Below, piece by piece: positions 9,190 through 16,893 of a stretch of DNA of 64,000 bases. Where the stretch lies: positions 105,170 to 169,169 of the forward strand of contig CAZXHT010000002.1 of the NCBI GenBank assembly GCA_964640665.1, in the 5' to 3' direction. The position numbers were made by a program, and so were the translations under genes. Each line of letters starts with the position of its first letter. The stretch's first letter is position 1. The DNA comes from an uncultured Myxococcales bacterium. Its GTDB lineage: Bacteria > Myxococcota > B64-G9. The notes beneath the pieces are model-generated. The model was not told the origin of the DNA. It saw only the letters and a program-made list of their open reading frames with translations, and did no database searches.

Positions 9190-9614
9190 TGTTCTGGGAC
9201 AGCTCCGCTCTGGTGCCGTTGTTACTGCCCGAGGCCCGATCCGTCGAGATCACTTCCCTGCTGGATTCCGATCCTGAACCCGCCATCTGGTGGGCTTCAC
9301 CTGTGGAATGTCGATCCGCCATTCATCGGCGTCATCGCGAGAAGCAGGTTCAACAAGCGTTGCTTGGCCAGGCGATCGATCGGCTGGATGCCATTTCCCA
9401 GGATGTCGACACTGTGACTCCCAGCGAGGCCGTACGCCTCAAGGCCGGCAGAATGCTCGCCGTACATCCGCTGCGTGCCGCAGACGCTCTTCAACTAGCC
9501 TCCGCCCTGGTCTGGTGCCGGGATCAGCCCTATCGACAAAAGTTCGTATGTTTGGACAAGCGCTTGTCTGAAGCCGCCCTCAAGGAGGGTTTCGAGGTGC
9601 TTCCCTCCGGGTAG
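9189..9614 (+). CDS. vapC: PIN-domain ribonuclease toxin (VapC-like)
   Basis: Starts VFWDSSALV (first PIN acidic residue) and has a downstream conserved Asp (LRAADALQLASAL), ~140 aa. The GTG start overlaps the vapB stop (TAGTG). Confidence 0.75.
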   Translation: MFWDSSALVPLLLPEARSVEITSLLDSDPEPAIWWASPVECRSAIHRRHREKQVQQALLGQAIDRLDAISQDVDTVTPSEAVRLKAGRMLAVHPLRAADALQLASALVWCRDQPYRQKFVCLDKRLSEAALKEGFEVLPSG

Positions 9615-9641
9615 CGGATGATCCGCTGTGGGAATGTGAAC

Positions 9642-10496
9642 CTATCCTTGCCGGGCCGTGGCGGGGTTGCCGGCGGCGTAGCAGTATGGGCAAGCGTGGC
9701 CGCAGGTGTCGTACGAGCCGATGTCGCGACTTTGGCTGCAGAGGCAGTGCTTGCGCTGGCCGGGATCTTTTTTCCAGCTTTTGCCCAATCCGAAAAGGCG
9801 CTCGATCAATTCTCCGTCGATACAGGCGCCGGGCGGGATGCCGATATCCGAAAAGTCCTGCTCCTCGGCGCAGCTCAAGATTTCGATTTGATGCTTGCTT
9901 GCGCAGCGGGCCAGCTCACGCAGCAGGTCGCGTGTTTCCGGACTTCTGTCCGCGTCCGTTTCGAATTCATAGCCGGCTTCCCGAAGCGGGCGCAGGTTGC
10001 GGACGGTTTTTTTGTAGTAATCCACCAGGCTGATCATTACCCGGCGCGTGTGGGGAGCCAGGCGCTCGCACAGGGCGCTGAACTTGACCAAGTGATAGGC
10101 CTGGTCGGTGCGGTTGGAGATGATTATCGGATCGTAGCGCCAGATCACCCGTTCTGGACCGATCCGCAAAGAAAGCTTTTCGAAAGAGGCGCAACGCTCG
10201 TCGAGCGGCGGCAGGCTCGGTTCTAACTCGGGCGGATAGGCGTTCAGGGTGAACTGGAAGTAGAAACGCCTGCAGGCGCGCTCGACGGCGTCGAGCTGGG
10301 CGAACATCGGCGCCGGGTTCTTGGTCCAGAAGACGATCGCATCGATATCCCCGGGACGCAGCGAGATCTCGGAGATTTGAGCATTGTTGTACGGGTTGGG
10401 CAGGCGGACGAAACCCGCAGCCAGTCTCTCTGCAAACCATGCGGAATGAAAGGACGGCACGTCTGTCCGGCGCGATGCGGAGATGATCTGCGCCAT
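9642..10496 (-). CDS. DUF1848-family protein
   Basis: N-terminus MAQIISASRRTDVPSFHSAWF is the hallmark start of DUF1848 proteins; C-terminal Cys cluster (CLCSQSRDIGSYDTCGHACPYCYA). Confidence 0.75.
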   Translation of the reverse strand: MAQIISASRRTDVPSFHSAWFAERLAAGFVRLPNPYNNAQISEISLRPGDIDAIVFWTKNPAPMFAQLDAVERACRRFYFQFTLNAYPPELEPSLPPLDERCASFEKLSLRIGPERVIWRYDPIIISNRTDQAYHLVKFSALCERLAPHTRRVMISLVDYYKKTVRNLRPLREAGYEFETDADRSPETRDLLRELARCASKHQIEILSCAEEQDFSDIGIPPGACIDGELIERLFGLGKSWKKDPGQRKHCLCSQSRDIGSYDTCGHACPYCYAAGNPATARQG

Positions 10497-10618
10497 TGTT
10501 CTCTCCCGCTCTCTTATATTTCACACTCGTATAAATGCAAATAGTGAAAGGACACCCCCCCGATGTGATACTTGACCGGCGAAGAGTTGTTTGCGAGGGT
10601 TGGTCGAGAGGAAACCCG

Positions 10619-11008
10619 ATGGAGCATTGGCTCGACTTGATTGCGGCCGGCAAGGCCGGCTATGTGACCGCCTTTGGAATGGGCGGCGTTTTCTTCGCCC
10701 TTTTGTGCCTTTATCTTTTCACCCTGGCCATGGGCACCGTTGTCAAGATCTGGCGGTTTCGCCCCCGGCGCGACGAGCACGCTTCTCGACCGGCGGCTAG
10801 CGCGGCCTCGGTGCAGGCGGCAGTGGCAAACGACGAAGGCGAGAAAATCGCGGCCGCCGTTGCGGTTGCCTATGCCTTGCAGCGCGGGAAGCGCACGGCC
10901 GCCGGATACGCCCCCGATACGGGTGTGGGCACCCGTGCCGGCAGTGGCTCCGCCTGGAGGGCAGCCGGCCGGCTCGACTTGATGTTGCCTCCCACGCGGC
11001 GCGGGTAG
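10619..11008 (+). CDS. OadG-like small membrane protein (gamma subunit of Na+-pumping decarboxylase family), tentative
   Basis: MEHWLDLIAAGKAGYVTAFGMGGVFFALLCLYLFTLAMGTVVK is a single TM helix typical of OadG/MmdD-like proteins, followed by an Ala-rich tail. Strong RBS GAGAGGAAA before the ATG at 10619; the upstream ORF-track start at 10535 lacks an RBS. Confidence 0.45.
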   Translation: MEHWLDLIAAGKAGYVTAFGMGGVFFALLCLYLFTLAMGTVVKIWRFRPRRDEHASRPAASAASVQAAVANDEGEKIAAAVAVAYALQRGKRTAAGYAPDTGVGTRAGSGSAWRAAGRLDLMLPPTRRG

Positions 11009-13480
11009 TTACGATATTTTATTCGCGTCCGTCTCGTGCATGTTGCTGAAGATCTTCACGGCCAGGGCGATCGAGGCCAACTTGCTGTCCGGCGAGTCTC
11101 CGCGCGAAGTCAACACCAGCGGCAGGTCGCCGCACAAGATCACACCGGCGGCGGTGGCGCCCGTCTGGATTGTCAAGGTCTTGTAGAGCACGTTGGCAGC
11201 GTCGATGTCGGGCATGACCAGGATGTCGGCCGTGCCCCGGATACGGCCCTGGTATTTTTTTTCTTCGGCGATGGCGGGATCGACCGCCACGTCGAATGAT
11301 AACGGCCCCTCAACGATACAGTCGTCGCGGCCCTCGAAGTGAGAGGCGATGCGCTCGGCCTCGATGGAACTTTCTATGCCGACGTTAACCGCCTCGCTGG
11401 CCGAGATCACCGCAACCTGCGGTCTGAGGATGTCCAGGTTGCCGGCCACCCGCAAGGCGTTCTCGATGATTTGTACCTTTTTGGCCTCGTCAGGGTAGGG
11501 GTTGACGGCGGCATCGGTGATCATCAATAGCTTGCTCATCCTGGGCAAGTCCATCACCACCACGTGCGACAGAAGCTGTCCGGGCAGCAGCCGCCCGCTG
11601 TCTTTTAAATACCTGAATACCCCGTGCAGCAATTTCTCGGTCTTTACGCTTCCCTTCATCAGGATGTCCGCCCGGCCAGTTTCGAGTTGACGAATCGCCG
11701 TGGCCACCGGGTTGTCGGTGTCTACTATCGAGTAGTTGTCCTCGTCGATCAGCAGGTCGAACTCGTATGCCATCTCATTGATGGCCACCGAGTCTCCCAC
11801 CAGTTGGAACCTGGCAATCTTGTAGCTGCCTTCCGCGTTAGCCCGCTTGGCTGCCAAAAGGGCCTCCTCATTGTCGGCCCCGACCAGGGCGATTCCCGGC
11901 GGCGTGCGTCCATGCACCGCGATCCGGGCGGCGTCGATTATCTCGACGGCGGAGGTAATCGGTTCGCCGGGCTTCTTGTATAACAAGGGGCGTTCGAAAA
12001 TGGTTGTATCGAGAAGTTCGTCCTCCTTTAACCGTTTACCGGCCAGGACGTCTCTTTCGGCCACGTAGTCCTTGATCGACTCCGGCCTATGGAAGCTGCG
12101 CACCAGGCCTGCGGCCATGGCCTCGTCGGCCAGCGAGCCGCCCATCCAAACCAGTGGATGTGCGAAGGTCAGGCCTGCCTCCACCAGTCCTGCCAACTCC
12201 TCGAGCTGGGTCAGTCCGCCCGAGATGGTGATGACACCCACCGGCCCGCCTAGCGCCGCAAGCTCCGCGATGGCGCTCGCTATCCGGTGGGCGAAGAAAT
12301 CCAACAGGATGCCCACCTTTTCGCGTTGCAGATTGTTCGCCCCATGACGCCTGAAGCCGATTAAAGCGCGAAAGTCATCCGTGCCCGCCAGTGAGAGCAG
12401 GCCCCCCCGCGAATAGACGACCTCGTGCAGTTCCTTGACGTTGAGATCGTTGGATCTCAAGGCATCGAGCAGGGGAACGACCGGGAGCGTTCCGCTGTGG
12501 CTGGGTGAAGGAATGCCGGAGAATGTGTCGATCAGGTTTCTGATGCGGCCGCCCCGGTGTCGGGCAATGGAGCCGGCACTGCCCAGGTGCGCGGTTACGA
12601 CGTCCAGGGTCTCGGGCTCCAACTGGAGCCAGGAGGACATCAAGCGCCAGGCGGCCTTGTGGTTGAGGTAGTGAGCCGCCCGTCCCGCCAGTCGGATTCC
12701 CGCGATTCCACACAGGCGCTCGGTCGCTCCCAACTCGTCGCTTGAGAGAGGATCGCTGACAACGACCAGGGCACCCGAGTCGCCCCCACAGGACTCGGCC
12801 ACCGTAAGCGCCAAGGGAATGCTCAACTCGTCGCCGGGTCGGCCGCGGGTGCCGGTCAGGTCGGTGAGCATTTGGGGTACTACCCGATAAGAGCCCGGCG
12901 GAATGGGTTTCAGAAAACCCGAACGAGTAGTGACACCGACAACGCTGGTTCGATCGAGCCCCCAGCGCTGCATCAACTTCATGACGCCCTCGGCTCGTCT
13001 TTCCGCCGTGTCCGGCAGGCCGGGTTGGTTAGCCACCCGGTCCCGGTTCCGGATATTGGCCCCGGCGATCCAGCTGACTCTTGTGGATGACTGTCCTGGG
13101 TTCAACACCAGCAGGTTGTCGCCCGCGTCGCGGGCCTGGTCTGCCAGCCTCGTTCCCAGGAGCCTGCGAAGTAAACGAGATGCGCCGGCCGTCTCGCGCT
13201 CGATTCTCACGCCTAGGCCCAGGGCGCGGCCCAAGAGCCTGTTAACCTCCGGTCGGCCGACCTGGGGCGCCAGCGCGCGCACCACGGCCGTGATTTCCGA
13301 AAGAGCCGAGGTCACGCTTGTGTCATCAACACCGGCGATCCTGTCGGCAATCTCCTGTAGCCAGGCATCTCCTGCGCTGGCCAACTGGCCGCTGAAAGCC
13401 AGCAGGGTTACCCGCGACCTGGCTATTTCCGAGATTGCCTCGATGACGTCGTTGCGCGCCCCCATGGCGTCACCCTTCAT
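11009..13480 (-). CDS. Fusion protein: N-terminal helical extension, butyrate/acyl-kinase-like ASKHA domain and C-terminal phosphate acetyl/butyryltransferase (Pta/Ptb) domain
   Basis: Kinase motifs LVLNPGQSSTRVSW, RSGFLKPIPPGSYRVVPQMLTDL, VTAHLGSAGSIARHRGGRI, SRGGLLSLAGTDDFRAL, GVITISGGLTQ. The PTA_PTB domain spans IALVGADNEEALLAAKRANAEG to the C-terminus. Confidence 0.8.
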   Translation of the reverse strand: MKGDAMGARNDVIEAISEIARSRVTLLAFSGQLASAGDAWLQEIADRIAGVDDTSVTSALSEITAVVRALAPQVGRPEVNRLLGRALGLGVRIERETAGASRLLRRLLGTRLADQARDAGDNLLVLNPGQSSTRVSWIAGANIRNRDRVANQPGLPDTAERRAEGVMKLMQRWGLDRTSVVGVTTRSGFLKPIPPGSYRVVPQMLTDLTGTRGRPGDELSIPLALTVAESCGGDSGALVVVSDPLSSDELGATERLCGIAGIRLAGRAAHYLNHKAAWRLMSSWLQLEPETLDVVTAHLGSAGSIARHRGGRIRNLIDTFSGIPSPSHSGTLPVVPLLDALRSNDLNVKELHEVVYSRGGLLSLAGTDDFRALIGFRRHGANNLQREKVGILLDFFAHRIASAIAELAALGGPVGVITISGGLTQLEELAGLVEAGLTFAHPLVWMGGSLADEAMAAGLVRSFHRPESIKDYVAERDVLAGKRLKEDELLDTTIFERPLLYKKPGEPITSAVEIIDAARIAVHGRTPPGIALVGADNEEALLAAKRANAEGSYKIARFQLVGDSVAINEMAYEFDLLIDEDNYSIVDTDNPVATAIRQLETGRADILMKGSVKTEKLLHGVFRYLKDSGRLLPGQLLSHVVVMDLPRMSKLLMITDAAVNPYPDEAKKVQIIENALRVAGNLDILRPQVAVISASEAVNVGIESSIEAERIASHFEGRDDCIVEGPLSFDVAVDPAIAEEKKYQGRIRGTADILVMPDIDAANVLYKTLTIQTGATAAGVILCGDLPLVLTSRGDSPDSKLASIALAVKIFSNMHETDANKIS

Positions 13481-15374
13481 CCCCTGAAGAGAACTCGTCC
13501 AGCGCCTGCGGATTTACAATGTGTCCCAGATCCTCGTTTCCAGAGAGTTGGCCGGAGACAATTCTTCTGAGCAGCCGCCTGGCAGTTTTGCCGGAAGGAG
13601 TGCGCGGAAGCTCGCTCGCGAAGAAGACCCGGCGCGGCACGGCGAAGTCGCCGATGCGTTTCTCGACATACGCGGCAAGCTCTTCTTCGATGGTTTCGCG
13701 GCCTACCTTCTCCTCGGACGCGGCCAAAACGACAAAAGCCGCCAGCAGTTCGCCCTCGGGTGAAGTAGCCCCTACCACCGCGGCCTCGCTCAACTTCGGG
13801 TGCGCCTGCAAGACCGCCTCCACCTCGGAAGTGCGCAGCGACAGGCCGCGGATCTTGACGATGTCGTCCCTGCGACTCATGAACCAGAAGAAGCCCCCGG
13901 CGTCCCGCCTGACGGCATCCGGCGTGGTGAAGGCTTCTGGAATTTTCACGAAGTACATTTCACGGTAGCGTTCCGGCTGTCCCCAGACGCCGCGCAGCAT
14001 CGCGGGCCACGAGGTCCTAAAGGCCAGGCGCCCGCCCAGGTTGGGAGCGCATTCACCCCCGGCGTCCGTGCAGACCAGGGGCTCCACTCCGGGCATGGGA
14101 ATTCCCAGTGCCCCGCCGCGGTTCAGCCCGGCATGTGCCCTGGTGCCGATTAAAGCCGCACCGCTCTCGCTCTGGATCCAAAGGTTGATTACCCGTTCCG
14201 GCCCGCGAGCCAGGCTGAGTCCCGCCGCCGCGCACAACCTCGGCGTCAGTACGCCACCGCAAGACGCCACGATCTCGAAACGATTTTTTGTCTTGAGAGA
14301 TTGCTTCTCCACATCCGCGGTCCACTCCGCAAGCCTGTCGGGTGTCGTCAGCACGCTCAGGGTGGGAAACTTCCCGAGCAGGCGGCCCAGGCGCTCGGCC
14401 TGCGATAGTTTCCCGGTCGCGGCCAGCACCAGCGTGTCCCCGGCCAGCAAGGGGCCCCAGACCCCGTGACTTTGACCGGCAGCAGAGGCAGTGTCGACCG
14501 CGCAGTAGTGGAAAGAGGCCGGGGCTTCGGATCCTTTGGACTTCGATACCGTCTTGAAGAGGACCCCGTGCGCGGTGGCCGCCTGGACCAAGAAGCCGCC
14601 GGTGGCCATCACCGATCCCCGGGGGTTGCCGGTGGTCGAAGCGGCATACAGGATGCACAAGGGATGCTCGGCGCCGGCCGGAAATACCGCCCGCTGTTCC
14701 GCGCCCCGGCTCTTTGTGAGATCGAGATACGGCACGGCGCCCGGCGGGCCCCCTTGCCCCAGCGTGACCAGGGAGGGACCGTCGAGCTTCCCGGCGAGTT
14801 CGACGACCCGCTCGTCGTAGTCAGGTCTGCCGGAAGGACCGCCGACCACTACCATCGATGCCCCGCACTGCGCGACGATGCGCAGCACCTGATCTTCCGG
14901 GTAACGCGCAGGGACGGGAACGTAGGTCATGCCCAGACGGGCCGCGGCCAGCATGAAGACGACCGCTTCGGGGAGGTTCGGAAGATAGAGCACAATCCGC
15001 ATGCCGGCTTCCATGCCCCGCGAAGCAAGCGCTCCCGAAAGGCGTATAACCCGCGCGTGCAATTCGCGGTAGCTCAAAGCGGTGAACGTGCCGTCATCGC
15101 CCAGGAACACAATGGCCGGGCGCTTGGCGGCTTCGCCCTTGATGTGCCGGTCCAGGGCGTTGTGGCATGCGTTGAGCCGACCTTCGGAAAACCACTCCAC
15201 GCGCGGCTCGCGGAAGTCTTCGTAGACCACGGTCTTGAACTCGTCGATCCAGTCCAAGCGGCCGGCCTGCACGCGCCAGTACTTCTCGCGTTCACGCATG
15301 CTTCGCTGGTGGAAGCGGACATAGTTTCGCAGAGTCAGCGGCGGTTTTTCTGAAAAGGATTTCAACTTGCCCAT
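13470..15374 (-). CDS. Acetyl/propionyl-CoA synthetase-like AMP-forming acyl-CoA synthetase with a divergent core motif
   Basis: Acs N-terminal domain (YWRVQAGRLDWIDEFKTVVYEDF...VEWFSEGRLNACHNALDRH), AMP-binding fold and C-terminal PRTPSGKTARRLLRRI. The canonical TSGTTGKPKG motif is replaced by ASTTGNPRGSV. Start taken at Met-21 of the ORF, which matches Acs N-terminal length. Confidence 0.8.
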   Translation of the reverse strand: MGKLKSFSEKPPLTLRNYVRFHQRSMREREKYWRVQAGRLDWIDEFKTVVYEDFREPRVEWFSEGRLNACHNALDRHIKGEAAKRPAIVFLGDDGTFTALSYRELHARVIRLSGALASRGMEAGMRIVLYLPNLPEAVVFMLAAARLGMTYVPVPARYPEDQVLRIVAQCGASMVVVGGPSGRPDYDERVVELAGKLDGPSLVTLGQGGPPGAVPYLDLTKSRGAEQRAVFPAGAEHPLCILYAASTTGNPRGSVMATGGFLVQAATAHGVLFKTVSKSKGSEAPASFHYCAVDTASAAGQSHGVWGPLLAGDTLVLAATGKLSQAERLGRLLGKFPTLSVLTTPDRLAEWTADVEKQSLKTKNRFEIVASCGGVLTPRLCAAAGLSLARGPERVINLWIQSESGAALIGTRAHAGLNRGGALGIPMPGVEPLVCTDAGGECAPNLGGRLAFRTSWPAMLRGVWGQPERYREMYFVKIPEAFTTPDAVRRDAGGFFWFMSRRDDIVKIRGLSLRTSEVEAVLQAHPKLSEAAVVGATSPEGELLAAFVVLAASEEKVGRETIEEELAAYVEKRIGDFAVPRRVFFASELPRTPSGKTARRLLRRIVSGQLSGNEDLGHIVNPQALDEFSSGDEG

Positions 15375-15507
15375 CTCTTGCCCCGGACGATGGTGGAATA
15401 ATCCATTACCCCAATAGTATCGAAGGCTGTCCAATCTTCACAAGGGAAACGAGAAACTGGTTCTTCCCGTTGTTGACCATCCTGTATATTGACTCTGTTC
15501 CGATCCC

Positions 15508-16770
15508 GTGGGAAGTTTCGCGGCAATGGAAGCGCAACTGACAGCCGCTCTCGATACTCGGGCGACGGGGGGCTTTTTCAGCCGTCACCGGCTGCAGTTG
15601 CTCATCTTCGGCGTCTCTTTGTGCATTTTCGCGGCCACCAGCGCCGATCGTATGTTTCGCCAGTCGGCCGGCCCGCACTTTGTTTACCTGGCCGATGCGC
15701 TGTTGCATGGACAGATCGACAATCGCGTCAAGCCGCCCAACGACAATGACTGGGTCCTTTACGAGGGCAAGACCTACGTCAGCTTCCCGCCCGTCCCGGC
15801 CCTGCTGATGATGCCCGGCGTGGCCGTCTTCGGCCTGCGCTTCAACGACGTCCTGTTCACCCTGCCCTTCGCCGCACTGAATGTCTTGCTGATGTTTCTG
15901 GTGTTGCAGATGCTGGTTCGTGAAAAGCTGAGCGGCATGTCGGTGCGTGACAACCTGTGGCTGACTTTCTTGTTTGGATTCGGCACGGTGAACTACTCTT
16001 GCTCTGTTATCGGAGAAGTCTGGTTCACCGCCCAAGTGATCGGTCTTACTTTCACCCTCTTGTATATCCTGTGCGCCACCAGGGCCCGGCGCCCGCTTCT
16101 GGCGGGTGTCTTCCTGGCCCTGGCCTTTGACACCCGCGTTAACCTGGCCTTCACGGTCGGTTACTTCGCGTTGCAGCTTTTCATGTCGCGGAAAAAAGAC
16201 GGTGGTTCTTTTCGGGAAGTGGCCTGGAAATCAATTTTGTTCTCGATACCCATTCTCGTGGTCGCGGCCGCCCAGATGTGGATGAATCAGGCCAGGTTCC
16301 ATAATGTCTTCGAGTTCGGGCACAGCTATCTGGCCGGACCGGCCGGCACGCGCATCCACGAACACGGCCTTTTCGCCTACCACTACCTGTGGTGGAACCT
16401 GAGCACGCTCATCTGCGGACTGCCCAAACTCCTCGACCGTTTTCCGTACATCGGCTACGACCCCAACGGGATGAGCATCTTTATCACCACACCCTTGTTC
16501 GTGCGCCTGTTCTGGCCGCGGGCCAAGTCCTGGCTGTATCCCGTCCTGTGGGCCACGGCCGTGCCTGCGCTTGTGGTGCCTCTCTTCTACCAGAATTCCG
16601 GATATGTCCAATTCGGCTACCGCTTCGCCCTCGACATCACGCCCTACCTGATCATGCTGCTTGCGGTTGGCAGGCTGCCTATGAACCGCTGGACGAAGTT
16701 GCTGATCATCGCTGGGGTGCTCGTCAACCTGGCAGGCGCCATTGCACTTAAACGCGTGGGCCCCGTTTGA
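15508..16770 (+). CDS. Polytopic integral membrane protein, GT-C-type glycosyltransferase-like (DUF2029/ArnT/PMT-like)
   Basis: About 11-12 predicted TM helices and an early periplasmic loop with acidic residues (NDNDWVLYEGKTYVSFPPVP). No soluble domains. Confidence 0.5.
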   Translation: MGSFAAMEAQLTAALDTRATGGFFSRHRLQLLIFGVSLCIFAATSADRMFRQSAGPHFVYLADALLHGQIDNRVKPPNDNDWVLYEGKTYVSFPPVPALLMMPGVAVFGLRFNDVLFTLPFAALNVLLMFLVLQMLVREKLSGMSVRDNLWLTFLFGFGTVNYSCSVIGEVWFTAQVIGLTFTLLYILCATRARRPLLAGVFLALAFDTRVNLAFTVGYFALQLFMSRKKDGGSFREVAWKSILFSIPILVVAAAQMWMNQARFHNVFEFGHSYLAGPAGTRIHEHGLFAYHYLWWNLSTLICGLPKLLDRFPYIGYDPNGMSIFITTPLFVRLFWPRAKSWLYPVLWATAVPALVVPLFYQNSGYVQFGYRFALDITPYLIMLLAVGRLPMNRWTKLLIIAGVLVNLAGAIALKRVGPV

Positions 16771-16830
16771 AATAACTCTTTGATTATACTGTAAAACAAA
16801 TTGGTTGACTTTTCCCTTTAGGCAACTAGA

Positions 16831-16842
16831 CTGACATGTCAG
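16831..16842. promoter_or_regulatory. Perfect 12-bp palindrome CTGACATGTCAG in the AT-rich leader of the activase/dehydratase gene, a candidate operator
   Basis: Seen directly in the sequence. Located ~50 nt upstream of the AGGAGGA RBS and downstream of a TTGACT -35-like hexamer (16805-16810). Confidence 0.3.
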
Positions 16843-16893
16843 TTCAGTTGCTGATCGCTTTTACTACACAACAAACACCAGCAGGAGGATGAC

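Noticed and set aside
9618-10226. 202-aa plus-strand ORF antisense to the DUF1848 gene
   Set aside because: Ala/Gly/Val low-complexity product; the minus-strand DUF1848 protein has the family-defining N-terminus and Cys cluster.
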